From positions 101,148 through 125,147 of the forward strand of contig CAZSWP010000003.1 of the NCBI GenBank assembly GCA_964610875.1: a DNA stretch of 24,000 nt, written 5' to 3'. The position numbers were made by a program, and so were the translations under genes. Positions 16,575 to 23,315 of this stretch are shown one piece after another. How positions within the stretch are numbered: position 1 is the stretch's first letter; the number at the start of each line of letters is the position of its first letter. The notes beneath the pieces are model-generated. The model was given only the letters and a program-made list of their open reading frames with translations. It was not told where the DNA came from and ran no database searches. The DNA is from an uncultured archaeon (lineage in GTDB: Archaea > Asgardarchaeota > Thorarchaeia > Thorarchaeales > Thorarchaeaceae).

Positions 16575-16950
16575 TCTCTCTTCCAAAATAGATGAATACA
16601 ATGACAATGCTACAAGTCAGGTATTTCTTCATGACTAGAATGACCAAATACAATCCGGACTCTCTAATAGAGAAGAAAAAGTGCAGTCATCAATTGAATT
16701 GGAATTGGTCCTGTATAGTAGAGAAAGTTGATTGGTGGAATTATCATTAGTGGAACAAGGAAACTGCCCATCGGAACGATTAGTGTACAGGCCTCCAAAA
16801 ATAGCGGTTCAATCAACAAAGAATGATTTAGATATCGTTTCACAATCTTTCCATCAATCAATTTATTTAGACCTTAACGGTTGCGCAAAAGGGGTCGTAG
16901 GTGGTATACAATTCCTATCGACCGTTTCACCAATCTGATGGTGTTGTCTA

Positions 16951-18447
16951 TTGGAGAGAAATCAGGGAATAATCAGCGTCTTCGACAAGACAGGAATTAT
17001 TGATTTTTGCAACAAAATATCAGAATATTTTCACTTTATCAGTACAGGAAAGACCGCAAAACTTCTCGAATCAGCCAACATACCTGTAAACACTGTTTCC
17101 AGTGTGACAAACTATCCTGAGATACTTGATGGGCGTGTAAAGACTCTGCATCCAAAAATCATGGGTGGCATCCTTGGGACTGCCGCGCACGAAACCGAGC
17201 TCAAACAAATGGACCTTCGACCAATAGGTTTGGTCGTTGTTAATTTGTATCCTTTTGAACAGGTCGTTTCAAAACCACATGCGTTCATGGATGCAATAGA
17301 GAATATCGATATTGGCGGCGTGACACTTCTGCGAGCAGCTGCTAAGAACTATCATGAAGTCATAGTGGTCAGTTCTCCTGAAGACTATGGTAGTGTGGCA
17401 GACGCGATAAAATCAGAATCGCTATCCATGGAATTTCGGAAAGAACTAGCCAAGGAAGCTTTCTTCCATACTGCAAAATATGATATTGCTATCAGTAAAT
17501 ATCTCTCATCAGAAGACAGATTTCCACCAAGTTTTGTCTTGGGATTTGACCGTCCTCAACACTTGCGATATGGTGAGAACTGGCATCAAGAAGCTCGATA
17601 TTATCTCCGAACCGACAAGGAGCCATTCTTTGAACAAATTCATGGGAAGGAGGTTTCTTACAACAATCTTGTTGATTTCTATGCCGCTATCGGACTATTT
17701 TCTGAGCATAACGGACCAGCATGCGCAATAATCAAACACACAAGTCCTTGTGGTTTTGCTACTGGTGATGACATTGAAACTGCTTTTGATCATGCTTTTG
17801 CCACGGACAATCTTTCTGCATTCGGTTCGATTATGGGTTTCAACCGCCCGGTGACCGCTGAACTAGCTAGAAAAGTCAATGCAATGTTTGTGGATGGAAT
17901 CATTGCACATAGCTATCATGATGATGCACTTGAGATACTGAAAAAGAAGAAAAACATCATAATCTGCAATTTCAAAGAGTATGAAATTCCTGATTTGACA
18001 ATAAGATTGGTTCCCAATGGAATCCTAGTTCAACCAACGGACACTCACATCATCTCAGAATTGGACTTCAAAGTGGTCACAAAGAAATCACCAACGCCTG
18101 AACAGATGAAGGAACTCATCTTCGCGTGGAAAGTAGTGAAATATGCCAAGTCTAATGCAGCAGTCATAAGTAAGAGGACACGAACCCTTGGAATAGGCAT
18201 GGGTCAGACTTCCAGAATCGCAGCTGTAGAACTCGCTTTACAACGTGCAGGTGATAGAGCAAGGAATGCAGTAATGGCATCTGATGCGTTCTTTCCGTAT
18301 CGTGACTCCGTAGATGCAGCTGTACAAAAGGGAGTCACTGCAATAATTGCACCTGGTGGTTCGATACGTGACAGTGAATCAATAAAAGCTGCAGACGAAG
18401 TCGGAATTACAATGGTCTGGTCCGGCAAACGAGCTTTTTTGCATTAA
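16951..18447 (+). CDS. purH: bifunctional AICAR transformylase / IMP cyclohydrolase
   Basis: 498 aa with a TTG start. N-terminal MGS-like domain (ISVFDKTGIIDF, RVKTLHPKIMGGIL) and C-terminal AICARFT domain (IIKHTSPCG, GGSIRD). Confidence 0.9.
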   Translation: MERNQGIISVFDKTGIIDFCNKISEYFHFISTGKTAKLLESANIPVNTVSSVTNYPEILDGRVKTLHPKIMGGILGTAAHETELKQMDLRPIGLVVVNLYPFEQVVSKPHAFMDAIENIDIGGVTLLRAAAKNYHEVIVVSSPEDYGSVADAIKSESLSMEFRKELAKEAFFHTAKYDIAISKYLSSEDRFPPSFVLGFDRPQHLRYGENWHQEARYYLRTDKEPFFEQIHGKEVSYNNLVDFYAAIGLFSEHNGPACAIIKHTSPCGFATGDDIETAFDHAFATDNLSAFGSIMGFNRPVTAELARKVNAMFVDGIIAHSYHDDALEILKKKKNIIICNFKEYEIPDLTIRLVPNGILVQPTDTHIISELDFKVVTKKSPTPEQMKELIFAWKVVKYAKSNAAVISKRTRTLGIGMGQTSRIAAVELALQRAGDRARNAVMASDAFFPYRDSVDAAVQKGVTAIIAPGGSIRDSESIKAADEVGITMVWSGKRAFLH

Positions 18448-18514
18448 CCTGACAATTTGAAAGAGTGCTTTTACTGTAGACAGATTTTTGAATGGTACTT
18501 CTCTAGCCAGACAT

Positions 18515-18540
18515 AATCAGAAAGAATATGTTCTGATTTT
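18515..18540 (+). terminator. 8-bp hairpin (AATCAGAA/TTCTGATT) running into a T-run, downstream of purH
   Basis: 18515-18522 pairs perfectly with 18531-18538 across an 8-nt loop, followed by TT. Its function as a terminator is only inferred. Confidence 0.3.
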
Positions 18541-18570
18541 GTAGAGTCATCTCAGGAGTGGTAGTAACAA

Positions 18571-19776
18571 ATGGTTCTCGCATTCAAAACCCTTGATGAT
18601 GTTGATGTCAAAGGAAAAAGAGTTCTCGTTCGGTTAGATATCAATTGTTCTGTTGAGCCGGATACTAAGGAGATACTGGATGACACTAGAATTGTGGCTG
18701 CTCTCCCTACCTTGAATGAATTATCCGAGAGCAAAGTCGTACTCATGGCACACCAAGGTCGTCCTGGTAGCGATGATTTCATCTCTCTAGAACCACATAC
18801 TGAGATTCTAAAGGAAAAAGGGATCAATGCACACTTTATCGATGACATCTTTGGTGATAAAGCAAAGCAGGCAATCAAAGCACTAGAAGATGGAGAAGTC
18901 CTAGTACTTCAAAATGTTAGATATTTTGACGGTGAACTCAAGAAGGCACCTCCTGAAGAGGTTGCAAAGGAGCCCTTGGTACAGGAGATCTATCCTCTAT
19001 TTGACCTATTTGTCAATGACGCATTTGGAGCTGCTCACCGTTCTCAAGCCTCTCTTGTTGGCTTCACAACTGTGTTGCCTTCCGTTGCTGGTAGATTGGT
19101 GGAAAAAGAGATACGTACATTGAAATCAGCGACCGAGACTGAGAAGTATCCTTGGACGCTACTGTTAGGAGGAAGTAAAGTAGAAGACAAGGTGAAGATT
19201 TTAGACAAACTACTAAGTGTAGAGCGTGTAGATCATGCCCTCCTTGGTGGACTTATCGGAACATTGTTTTTAATCGCAAATGGTGAAATATCTGAAACAT
19301 ATTCCAGACCTATCAAAGGATATAGTAAATCCGTTGAAACGGCAAGGACCCTTTTGGATAAATACCCAAAAGTAATCAGCCTTCCAAAAGATGCTGCAGT
19401 AGAGAGAAATAGGGAAAGAATTGAATGCAGTTTTGAAGAGATGAATGAAGCCCCCTTCTATGATATCGGTAGCAAGACAATAAACGAGTATGTGGAAATA
19501 ATCAAGGAGTCCGCAGTAGTATTTGCTAATGGTCCAATGGGCTTTTTTGAGAAAACACCATTTGCTCTGGGCACGGAAAAGACTCTAGATGCCATTGCAT
19601 CATGTCAGGGAATCACTGTGGTTGGTGGTGGTCACCTCGGATCAATGGCTGAAAAGAAGAAGCTGGATGATAAAATCACTCACATTAGCACAGGTGGTGG
19701 TGCAACTATAAACTTCCTCACAGGTAAAAAGTTGGAAGTGATAGCTGCCCTAGAGCAAGCTGCCAAACGGATGTGA
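18571..19776 (+). CDS. pgk: phosphoglycerate kinase
   Basis: 401 aa. Motifs VLVRLDINCSV and LMAHQGRPG in the N-domain, and GGGHLG...STGGGATINFL in the C-domain. Confidence 0.9.
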   Translation: MVLAFKTLDDVDVKGKRVLVRLDINCSVEPDTKEILDDTRIVAALPTLNELSESKVVLMAHQGRPGSDDFISLEPHTEILKEKGINAHFIDDIFGDKAKQAIKALEDGEVLVLQNVRYFDGELKKAPPEEVAKEPLVQEIYPLFDLFVNDAFGAAHRSQASLVGFTTVLPSVAGRLVEKEIRTLKSATETEKYPWTLLLGGSKVEDKVKILDKLLSVERVDHALLGGLIGTLFLIANGEISETYSRPIKGYSKSVETARTLLDKYPKVISLPKDAAVERNRERIECSFEEMNEAPFYDIGSKTINEYVEIIKESAVVFANGPMGFFEKTPFALGTEKTLDAIASCQGITVVGGGHLGSMAEKKKLDDKITHISTGGGATINFLTGKKLEVIAALEQAAKRM

Positions 19777-19782
19777 ATTCAA

Positions 19783-20076
19783 TTGCAGACAGCAGCTGAT
19801 CTATCATTCTGGATGCCAGTCATTTACCTATTCATAATCAATATCATTGCATTTTTCGCCATGTGGTGGGACAAGAGAAAGGCATCTCAAAATGCATGGC
19901 GTATTGCCGAAGCAACTCTTCATATCATAGGCTTCATGGGTGGTGCTTTAGGCATTTTTGGCGGAATGTACAAATTCAGACACAAGACCCAGAAGAGAAT
20001 ATTCCAAGGCATTGCAATAGTCAGTCTTATTGTTTCTCTTGTGATATACTGGTTCATAGCAAACATGTACATATAA
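19783..20076 (+). CDS. DUF1294-like small membrane protein
   Basis: 97 aa with a TTG start at 19783 and an alternative ATG at 19813. FFAMWWDKRKASQNAWRIAEATLH followed by two hydrophobic helices matches my recollection of the DUF1294 pattern. Confidence 0.6.
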   Translation: MQTAADLSFWMPVIYLFIINIIAFFAMWWDKRKASQNAWRIAEATLHIIGFMGGALGIFGGMYKFRHKTQKRIFQGIAIVSLIVSLVIYWFIANMYI

Positions 20077-20080
20077 TATT

Positions 20081-20096
20081 GTAATACTTGTATTAC
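20081..20096. repeat. heptad dyad GTAATAC-tt-GTATTAC (16-bp palindrome) between the DUF1294 gene and the 3' end of tRNA-Thr
   Basis: Read directly. It starts 5 nt after the stop codon, at a convergent junction. Confidence 0.65.
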
Positions 20097-20130
20097 CATC
20101 TTTCATCCCATGAATTGTAAAAAGAAGTAA

Positions 20131-20273
20131 TGGAGCCTCGGCCGAGATTTGAACTCGGGATCTCCTGATTTCTTGATCAAGAGACGGCAGTCTTCTGACG
20201 TACAAGTCAGGCGCATTCTAGGGAGTGATCCAAACCATGGTCACAACCTCTTAGACCACTTAGCTACCGAGGC
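20131..20273 (-). tRNA. tRNA-Thr (anticodon UGU, 20202-20204) with two introns (~34 nt in the D arm, ~31 nt in the anticodon loop) and encoded CCA
   Basis: Hand-folded on the minus strand. Acceptor GCCTCGG/CCGAGGC, U73, CCA, T arm CCGAG-TTCAAAT-CTCGG, anticodon stem CCTGA/TCAGG with CTTGTA plus insert. There are 53 nt between position 10 and the anticodon stem where about 19 are expected. Total 143 nt, against about 78 mature. Confidence 0.8.
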
Positions 20274-20297
20274 ATATACATGCGAAAAACTGAACCG

Positions 20298-20306
20298 ATT
20301 ATAGAG
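20298..20306 (-). promoter_or_regulatory. TATA box (AAAACTCTATAAT on the minus strand) for tRNA-Thr
   Basis: CTCTATAAT lies 25-33 nt upstream of the tRNA 5' end (20273). It shares ACTCTATAA with the tRNA-Arg upstream region. Confidence 0.5.
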
Positions 20307-20336
20307 TTTTCGTCGAGTACACAAGAAATTCATCAT

Positions 20337-20984
20337 TTACTTATCATGATATACATTGTCAATGATAATTGCGTACGCGAGAAGCATCAGTCGTGGTGCA
20401 TCAGGGTCAGCAATATGAATGACATATCTGTCCCTGAAATTGAATGAGGGCGCAAACACATCTTGCCACTTATCACCTTTCTTGATTTCAGCATAGACCT
20501 GTTTCTTGTCTTTGGGGTCTGTGATGGTGAAGTTCCACTTGGTTACTCCACCCTGCGCTTTGTATATCATCTTGTCATCAGCATCATACATGTCAATAGA
20601 TCCTCGAAAAGCAATCATTGGGCGTTTTGCTCTTCCAATGAGTTCACCATCTTTATCCTTTACATCATATATTGGCCGAGTACTGATGAGTTTCTTGTTA
20701 ATAGTACATAACAAGGTATCATCTGCATCCAGTATGCTGATCTCGGCACGCATAGAGAGAAGTTTTCTCTTCATCGTGCCTATCTTTTGACCTTGGGGAT
20801 TGGATATATCGCCGCCACCGAATTTCCATGATTTCTCCATGAGTACATAGTGTTCAATTGATCTGTCTAATAGTGTCAACATGGGGCACCATATTCTAAG
20901 ATATATAAGGCAATATAAGATAATGCTGTAAATAGGTAGTACAACAAGCACATGTTTATCAGGCAAAGAGTATACAATAACCAT
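20337..20984 (-). CDS. LURP-one-related / tubby C-terminal-like (DUF567, scramblase-fold) protein
   Basis: The repeating hairpin pattern KRKLLSMRAEISILDADDTLLCTINKKLIS...YDVKDKDGELIGRAKRPMIAFRGSIDMYDADD...FTITDPKDKKQVYAEIKK...RYVIHIADPDAPRLMLLAYAIIIDNVY is typical of the LOR family. The start is uncertain: in-frame ATGs occur at 20984, 20882 and 20840. Confidence 0.6.
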   Translation of the reverse strand: MVIVYSLPDKHVLVVLPIYSIILYCLIYLRIWCPMLTLLDRSIEHYVLMEKSWKFGGGDISNPQGQKIGTMKRKLLSMRAEISILDADDTLLCTINKKLISTRPIYDVKDKDGELIGRAKRPMIAFRGSIDMYDADDKMIYKAQGGVTKWNFTITDPKDKKQVYAEIKKGDKWQDVFAPSFNFRDRYVIHIADPDAPRLMLLAYAIIIDNVYHDK

Positions 20985-21116
20985 GAAGGCGAGTATCCCT
21001 CAGGCATGAACCCGCGTACCACGCCTGTAGTACAAACCCTAAATGGTAGACGAGAAAGCTAAAATAGCGCTCATATAATGCCAATCGTAAGATGATTTAC
21101 CAGTAGGTGAAGGTAG

Positions 21117-22160
21117 TTGCAGCAACCCCTCGATACATTCTTCCAATACGTATATGGATTCTTTAACATACTATCAGATATGCTACAACCACTGGGTATT
21201 CCTTTAGGACCTGGTGATTGGTTTTTCCTAATCTATACTATAGTTTTTGTAGCAATAATAGCTGCAATCGCACGTCGAGGTGGCAGCGGTAAGAGTGATG
21301 TTTCTGCTGGTGTCACACGTATCATTGCCTCTACTGGTGACGTTTCAGCTGGGATGACTGGTACAAAGAAACTTAGTTTTCTGAAGACTCCTGGCGATGC
21401 GTTAGTATTCCTTAGGGTAGAGGAAAACGCTGTTCAACAAGCAATCACAGCTGTCGAATATTATGCCCAACAAGGCGAACTTGACGATTCAATGAAGGAT
21501 CTTCTCATTGCAGTCTATCAGACTCGACTTGATGGTGTCCGTGCGGCAATGGCAAAGGACGAAGAACTCAAGGAGATTGTTGACACCGATGCAGCAATGG
21601 ATAGGGCACGTTCTGATTACTTGAGAAAACTTGCTGCCATGTCTGGGACTGCAGTCGAATCTGATGAAGAGCAAGCTGGACCTCCAAGTGTTGGTATGCC
21701 TGATTCTGCTGAAACCACAACCACAACAGTTGCGGCATCCACACCAGATACAGCACCAAGTGGTGGACCTCCAGGTGGTACAACACCAAGCGGCGGCCCT
21801 CCGGGTGGTGCAGCACCAAGTGGTGGACCTCCTGGCGGTGCTCGCCCAAGCGGTGGACCTCCAGCAGGCGGCCCACCCAACGGTGCAGCTCCTAGTAGTG
21901 GTCCACCAGGTGGCGCAGCACCAAGCGGCAGTCCTTCGGCAGGTGAAACAACTCCTAGTGGTCCACCAGGTGGTGCAGCTCCAAGTGGCGGCCCTCCGGG
22001 TGGTGCAGCTCCAGGCGGAGGAGCTCCTAGTAGCGGTCCACCAGGTGGTGCAGCACCAAGTGGTAGTCCCTCACCAGGTGGTGCAACTGGCAAGAGTTCA
22101 TTACAATCCGAGATGCTTGCAGAGATGGAACGGCTCAAAGCCCTAATGAGTGGAGATTAG
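21117..22160 (+). CDS. membrane-anchored protein with a helical domain, a long Pro/Gly/Ser/Ala decapeptide-repeat linker and a short C-terminal amphipathic helix
   Basis: 347-aa ORF with a TTG start at 21117 and an alternative ATG at 21180. One TM segment (WFFLIYTIVFVAIIAAIA), a helical region (aa ~95-180), about 11 copies of (A/T)(A/T)PSGGPPGG, and the C-terminus SLQSEMLAEMERLKALMSGD. Confidence 0.7.
   Translation: MQQPLDTFFQYVYGFFNILSDMLQPLGIPLGPGDWFFLIYTIVFVAIIAAIARRGGSGKSDVSAGVTRIIASTGDVSAGMTGTKKLSFLKTPGDALVFLRVEENAVQQAITAVEYYAQQGELDDSMKDLLIAVYQTRLDGVRAAMAKDEELKEIVDTDAAMDRARSDYLRKLAAMSGTAVESDEEQAGPPSVGMPDSAETTTTTVAASTPDTAPSGGPPGGTTPSGGPPGGAAPSGGPPGGARPSGGPPAGGPPNGAAPSSGPPGGAAPSGSPSAGETTPSGPPGGAAPSGGPPGGAAPGGGAPSSGPPGGAAPSGSPSPGGATGKSSLQSEMLAEMERLKALMSGD
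21753..22086 (+). repeat. about 11 degenerate tandem copies of a ~30-nt unit encoding (A/T)(A/T)PSGGPPGG
   Basis: In-frame units, e.g. gca cca agt ggt gga cct cca ggt ggt. Copies differ mostly at synonymous positions. A larger unit encoding APSSGPPGGAAPSGSPS recurs about 135 nt apart. Confidence 0.9.
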
Positions 22161-22307
22161 ATCTCCCCTCCTATTATCTTTCAGAATACTTTGTATAATA
22201 GAGCATAGTATACCAATACAGATTACAAATTCTATTCACATTTTTATCGTATATACTAACAAAACTATCCTTCTGTGATTAATAAGTCGAAAATTGGACT
22301 ATAAGGT

Positions 22308-22523
22308 ATGACCGTCGAGAAGTGGCGTCTTGTTGGTGGCCTCATCTATAAGTTGGCCGATGTGTTCGAAAGTGGACGTGATGCCATACTTCTCGCTAGG
22401 ACGCTTAAGAAAGACCGATGTGTTGTCATATCAAAGACTGTCGAAGGCCGATGGGCAGTCTACTGGAGAGCGAGGGTTGAGGCTCAATCAACTTGTGAAC
22501 AACTGTATCCCACCACCGCATAA
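22308..22523 (+). CDS. possible small protein (71 aa, beta-alpha-beta-beta-looking); competes with the ncRNA interpretation
   Basis: ATG-started ORF with a plausible amphipathic pattern (WRLVGGLIYKL / AILLARTLKK / CVVISKTVEGRWAVYWRAR). The region also has strong RNA-type complementarity and DNA repeats that fall in different reading frames. Confidence 0.35.
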   Translation: MTVEKWRLVGGLIYKLADVFESGRDAILLARTLKKDRCVVISKTVEGRWAVYWRARVEAQSTCEQLYPTTA

Positions 22524-22563
22524 GACACCTCACGCCTTCCTGAATTCCTTCCCCTCGCTCTCC
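22316..22563 (+). ncRNA. candidate structured RNA of unknown class (GC-enriched island)
   Basis: 22316-22329 pairs with 22380-22395 (14 bp, one G-U, 2-nt bulge). 22465-22476 (GGAGAGCGAGGG) pairs perfectly with 22552-22563 (CCCTCGCTCTCC). 22479-22483 pairs with 22534-22538. Strand assignment is tentative. Confidence 0.3.
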
Positions 22564-22627
22564 TTGGAAAGAATTTTGAGTATATTACATACAGAGCAGA
22601 TATCACTAGAATTTGAGTTGGTACTAG

Positions 22628-23311
22628 ATGTCACAAGTAAAACGCAATGCTGCAGAGAGTGCGGTGAAACTTATTCCGGAAAGCGGTGCTATCGGTCTTG
22701 GCAGTGGTTCAACTGTTGCAATATTTGCTGAGATACTGGGACAACAGATTGCTGATGGAAAAGTCGATGTAAGTATCGTGCCCAGTTCATATCAAGCATA
22801 CCAACTTGCAGTCGAGTATAATATACCCCTCACCACTCTCGATATCAATCCTACTCTATTACTCACAGTAGATGGTGCTGATGAAGTCGACAAGGAGCTC
22901 AATCTCACAAAGGGTGGTGGAGGTGCTCTATTTCAAGAGAAAATTGTAGCGTCCGCCTCTGAACAGCTCATCATAATTGTGGACGAGTCCAAGCTGGTGG
23001 ACCATCTTGCAACGAGATTCGACATCCCCATTGAGGTCCTCCCGTTCTCTCTTGGGGTTGTACGACGACGGATTGAAGCAATGGGAATCACACCCAATGT
23101 ACGGATTGCTGAGAGAAAGATGGGTCCTATTGTCACAGACAATGGTAATTTCATACTTGACCTCAAATTCTCAGAGCCAATCAAGGACCCAGCTAAAGTC
23201 GCAGTTGATTTAAAGATGATTCCTGGTGTCGTTGAAACCGGCTTATTTGTGGGAATGACTGATGAAGTACATGTAGGTACTGAAGATAGTGTATATGTTC
23301 TCAAGAAATAA
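22628..23311 (+). CDS. rpiA: ribose-5-phosphate isomerase A
   Basis: 227 aa with the classic RpiA motifs GLGSGSTV, VDGADEVD and KGGGGALFQEK. Confidence 0.9.
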   Translation: MSQVKRNAAESAVKLIPESGAIGLGSGSTVAIFAEILGQQIADGKVDVSIVPSSYQAYQLAVEYNIPLTTLDINPTLLLTVDGADEVDKELNLTKGGGGALFQEKIVASASEQLIIIVDESKLVDHLATRFDIPIEVLPFSLGVVRRRIEAMGITPNVRIAERKMGPIVTDNGNFILDLKFSEPIKDPAKVAVDLKMIPGVVETGLFVGMTDEVHVGTEDSVYVLKK

Positions 23312-23315
23312 TGAA

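Noticed and set aside
16408-16638. ORF of 76 aa on the plus strand.
   Set aside because: It is fully explained by the two-intron CAU tRNA gene at 16437-16574.
16664-16938. Two overlapping short ORFs (16664-16861 minus strand, 16732-16938 plus strand) as genes.
   Set aside because: They have a TTG or weak start and mutually exclusive overlap. Their composition is typical of random ORFs in AT-rich spacer, being rich in Leu, Ile, Phe and Pro. No motif supports either.
658-20096. The GTAWTAC repeats as a CRISPR array or MITE termini.
   Set aside because: The units are 7 nt with 2-nt spacers. They are dispersed in groups of two or three. There is no regular repeat-spacer architecture, no cas genes and no target-site duplications.
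21568-22146. Three long ORFs overlapping the Pro/Gly repeat (21568-21876 minus, 21617-22138 minus, 21631-22146 plus).
   Set aside because: These are frame and antisense shadows of a GC-rich, stop-poor tandem repeat. Their translations are themselves low-complexity (PPGG, LQV and HQV runs). Only the 21117-22160 frame has a TM segment, a non-repetitive domain and sensible termini.
22100-22157. The C-terminal helix LQSEMLAEMERLKALM as a MIM1-type (ESCRT-III/Vps4 MIT-interacting) motif.
   Set aside because: The register does not fit the established (D/E)xxLxxRLxxL(K/R) consensus. The Leu preceding the Arg is at -5, not -3, with Met at -2. It is kept only as a generic amphipathic terminal helix.
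22308-22563. Assigning the structured island to RNase P RNA, SRP (7S) RNA, or a C/D or H/ACA sRNA.
   Set aside because: I could not find the universal P4 strands (GGAAAGUCC, ACAGAA...GGCUUA), the SRP helix-8 GGAAG.AGCAGC motif, properly spaced C (RUGAUGA) and D (CUGA) boxes, or an ACA box after either hairpin. The class is left unknown rather than forced.
22330-22731. 133-aa ORF spanning the GC-rich island and running into rpiA.
   Set aside because: It is out of frame with, and overlaps, the well-supported rpiA start at 22628. The sequence is Cys/Ser-rich with no pattern. It is likely a by-product of the GC-rich, stop-poor island.
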